This document shows positions 61,301-64,000 of a stretch of 64,000 nucleotides of DNA, piece by piece; position 1 is the first letter of the stretch, and every line of letters begins with the position of its first letter. This DNA is from Salpingoeca rosetta (taxonomy: Eukaryota; Protista; Choanoflagellata). The stretch covers positions 314,719 through 378,718 of the forward strand of contig JAWQFM010000036.1 of the NCBI GenBank assembly GCA_033442325.1, written 5' to 3'. Below the pieces are notes generated by a model that did no database searches, was not told the origin of the DNA, and was given only the letters and a program-made list of their open reading frames with translations. The translations under genes and the position numbers were made by a program.

Positions 61301-64000
61301 GGACGAGGGGACAGCACCGCTGGGGGCCGGCGCACTTGCGGGGTTGCTTGCCTCAATGGTCAGCGTGACGCTGCGGTCTGCACTGGGCCGCCCCGTAAAC
61401 GCTCCAGCCGGCAGCACGCCGCCAATCGTCACTTCCCCGCTCTCGGTGTCAATGGCAAAGAAGCCAGCATCGTTGCCTGCGACGATGCTGTAGGCGATGG
61501 CGGCGTTTTCGCCAGCGTCCGCGTCCGTGGCTGTCACGCCACCAACGCGCGTGCCCGTGCCTGCAAGCTCGCTCACCGTGAAGCGCGCACCGTCCTGCGT
61601 CACAAAGGCGGGCGAGTTGTCGTTGACATCGCCCACGGTGACCGTAAACGTGGCCACGTCGGAGCGTGGTGGCTGGCCCGCGTCCTGTGCACGCACCGTG
61701 AACGTGTGCTCAGCCTGCGTCTCCCTGTCAAATGCCGTCGCAAGCGTGATCACGCCCGTGTGCGCATCAACAGCGAGAAACCGCTGGGCACCCACAAAGG
61801 CAAACGTCACGTCACCGTTTGGCCCAACGTCGGCGTCCGTGGCGTTGAGAACGGCAATGCGCGCGCCCACCAGCGTGTCCTCGGAGATGGTGAGTGCGCT
61901 TGGTGCGCCGATGAGAAGCGGGTTGTTGTCGTTCTTATCATCCACGGCCACTGTCACCGTCACGTTGGTGGACAGCGGGTTGCGCACAGCGCTGTCTGTC
62001 GCGGTGACCACAACGCTGTACACGGGCACCGCCTCCCTGTCCAGCACCACACGCGTGGTGATCTGGCCCGTCTCAGCGTCAATCGCAAACTCGCTTGCGT
62101 GTGTGGCCAGCGAGAAGCGCACAGCCTGCGTGCCATCCTCGTCTGCGTCCTGTGCCGCCACGCGCACAACGGCCGTGTCGACGGCCGCATTTTCCAGAAC
62201 AGAGGCAGCGTATGCCGTCTGCGAGAACGCGGGCGCGTTGTCGTTCACATCATCAACGGTGATGCGCACAGTGAGTGCCACGCGGTTTGTGGGCTGTGGT
62301 GGCGGGAATGACGGTGACGCGGGCGTACCCTCTGCCAGGGCGAGCGTCGTTGCATCCGCCACCTCCAGGGTCAGCGTGTATGTGACAAACGTCTCGTAGT
62401 CCAGTGGCTTTGCCACAGACAGCCTACCAGACGTGGCGTTGATGGCAAACGCACCGTCCAAGTTGCCGCCCACAATCGCGTAGCGTACAGCGCCGTTGGT
62501 GTTGGTGTTGGTGTTGGTGTTGGTGCTGGTGCTGGTGGTGCTGTCGCTGGCGTGGTACTCGTCTGCGTCTGTCGCCACATATGTAAACACCTCGCTGCCC
62601 ACCGCTGCGCTCTCCGCAATGCGGAAGCTGGTGGCCGCCTGTGACGCCGCTGTGAGCATGGGCGCGTTGTCGTTGACGTCCAGTACCGTCACCAGCACCG
62701 TCGCGGTGACCGTGTTCTGCATGGCACCGTCGACGTTGTCTGTGGCGACAACCTCAAAGCTGTACGCTGCCTTGGACTCGCGATCAAGCGGCGCAGTTGT
62801 GGTGATGACGCCAGCTGGCGAAACGGCAAAGACAGAAGCATCCGTGCCAGCAAGCGCCAGAGCAACCCGCGCGTTGTTGCCGCTGTCTGCATCGCTCACC
62901 TCAACGCTCAGCACGCTCGTTGCTGTGGTGGCCGCCTCGCTCACCGCAGCGGTGAACGTGCCAGAGATAGGCAGGTTGTCAAACACGGGAGCGTTGTCGT
63001 TGGCGTCGGTCAGGGTCACTGTGACACGTGCGGGCAGCAGCGTCATGCGGGGTGCAGGCATGTGCCCGTCGCTTGCCGTCACCTCAAGCACGTACGTGCG
63101 CACGTCCTGCTCGTAGTCCAGAGCTGTCAGCGTCGTGATGACGCCCGTGCTGGCGTTGATGGCAAACACGGAGCTCACACTCACGCCGTTCACTTCCGAG
63201 TCTGCGAGCACGTACGACACGTGCGTGTTGGCTGCGCTGTCTGCATCTGTGGCCATCACACTGGCAACAGCGGTGCCGACATCAGCGTTCTCAACAAGCG
63301 TTGCCTGCACATCCGTGTCCACAAACACGGGGTTGTTGTCGTTGATGTCAACCACATTCACCGTCACCACTGCCGTCGTCTCGCGGCCATCTGGGTTGCT
63401 GGCAACAACAACAAGTGTGTGTGTCTGGTGCATCTCAAAGTCCAGCGCGCCCACGGGCGTCACCTCGCCAGTGAATCGGCCAATCGTAAAGGCGAGTGGC
63501 TCTGGCGCGGAGACCTCATTGGCAGCTCGCAGCGTGTACTCCACCTGTGCGTTTGTGCCCACGTCTTCGTCCGTGCTGGAGACACGCAACACAACGTCGG
63601 CTGTGGTGGCGTTCTCAAACACCGACACTTGCATGGGCAGGTCAACAAACACGGGGGCGTTGTCGTTGACATCAAGCACCGTGAGCACAATGGTTGCGTC
63701 CGTGGACAGCTGCACGGGTGCGCCGCTGTCACGCGCGCGCACCACGAGCGTGTGTGTCTCCGCGGTCTCGCGATCAAGCTGTCCGCCCGTCAGCCGCACT
63801 TCGCCCGTGGTCGCATCCACGGAAAACAGGGGCGCGGTGGCATTGATGAGCGAGTACGTGACGCGGGCGTTTGCGCCGGCGTCGGCATCACTCGCAGCAA
63901 CCGTGCCCAGCAGCGTGTTGGGTGCCGCATCCTCGGATACAGACCACGCGTAGTAGGCGTTGCTGGTGAACACGGGCGCGTTGTCGTTGACATCGCCCAC
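46830..64000 (-). CDS. Giant cadherin-FN3-TM-protein tyrosine phosphatase receptor (lefftyrin-like C-terminal cassette), 5' end outside window; exons >64000-50128, 49845-49803, 49560-46830
   Basis: About 37 DxNDN-type linkers with PE/SE, LDRE and DxD cadherin motifs, then two FN3-like domains and a TM segment [25 protein letters not shown] motifs are [42 protein letters not shown] and VQTLSQY. A 43-nt mini-exon joins the two big ORFs in phase (1 then 2). Confidence 0.92.

Noticed and set aside
46476-63953. Long + strand ORFs (807, 899, 712, 590 aa and others) opposite the cadherin-PTP gene
   Set aside because: They are antisense shadows of GC-rich coding sequence with no recognisable motifs.
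50600-64000. Regularly spaced motif gggcgcgttgtcgtt that looks like a CRISPR-type repeat
   Set aside because: It is the codon footprint of the NDNAP cadherin linker at about 330-bp spacing. It is degenerate at third positions and there are no cas genes.

Overview
This is eukaryotic, GC-rich, intron-containing DNA packed with (CA/GT)n microsatellites. Gene content and style suggest a choanoflagellate such as Salpingoeca rosetta (inference). Left to right it holds: the 3' end of a chromodomain Ty3/Gypsy LTR retrotransposon; a ~21 kb cluster with four paralogous multi-pass (~8 TM) membrane proteins carrying C-terminal TIR-like domains, interleaved with three intronless secreted 7-repeat beta-propeller genes and one small coiled-coil gene; a 9-exon secreted Cys-rich/poly-Thr protein; an NmrA-like protein; histone H2A.Z; RPS23; a double TB2/DP1/HVA22 (REEP-like) protein; three paralogous GPI-signal Cys-rich surface proteins, one spanning an assembly gap; and the 3' 17 kb of a giant cadherin-FN3-TM-tyrosine phosphatase gene. 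The best candidate for an undescribed system is the 8TM-TIR plus secreted propeller cluster, in which one copy has Gln at the putative catalytic Glu. All exon models were built by eye from GT-AG sites and phase consistency; no searches were run.
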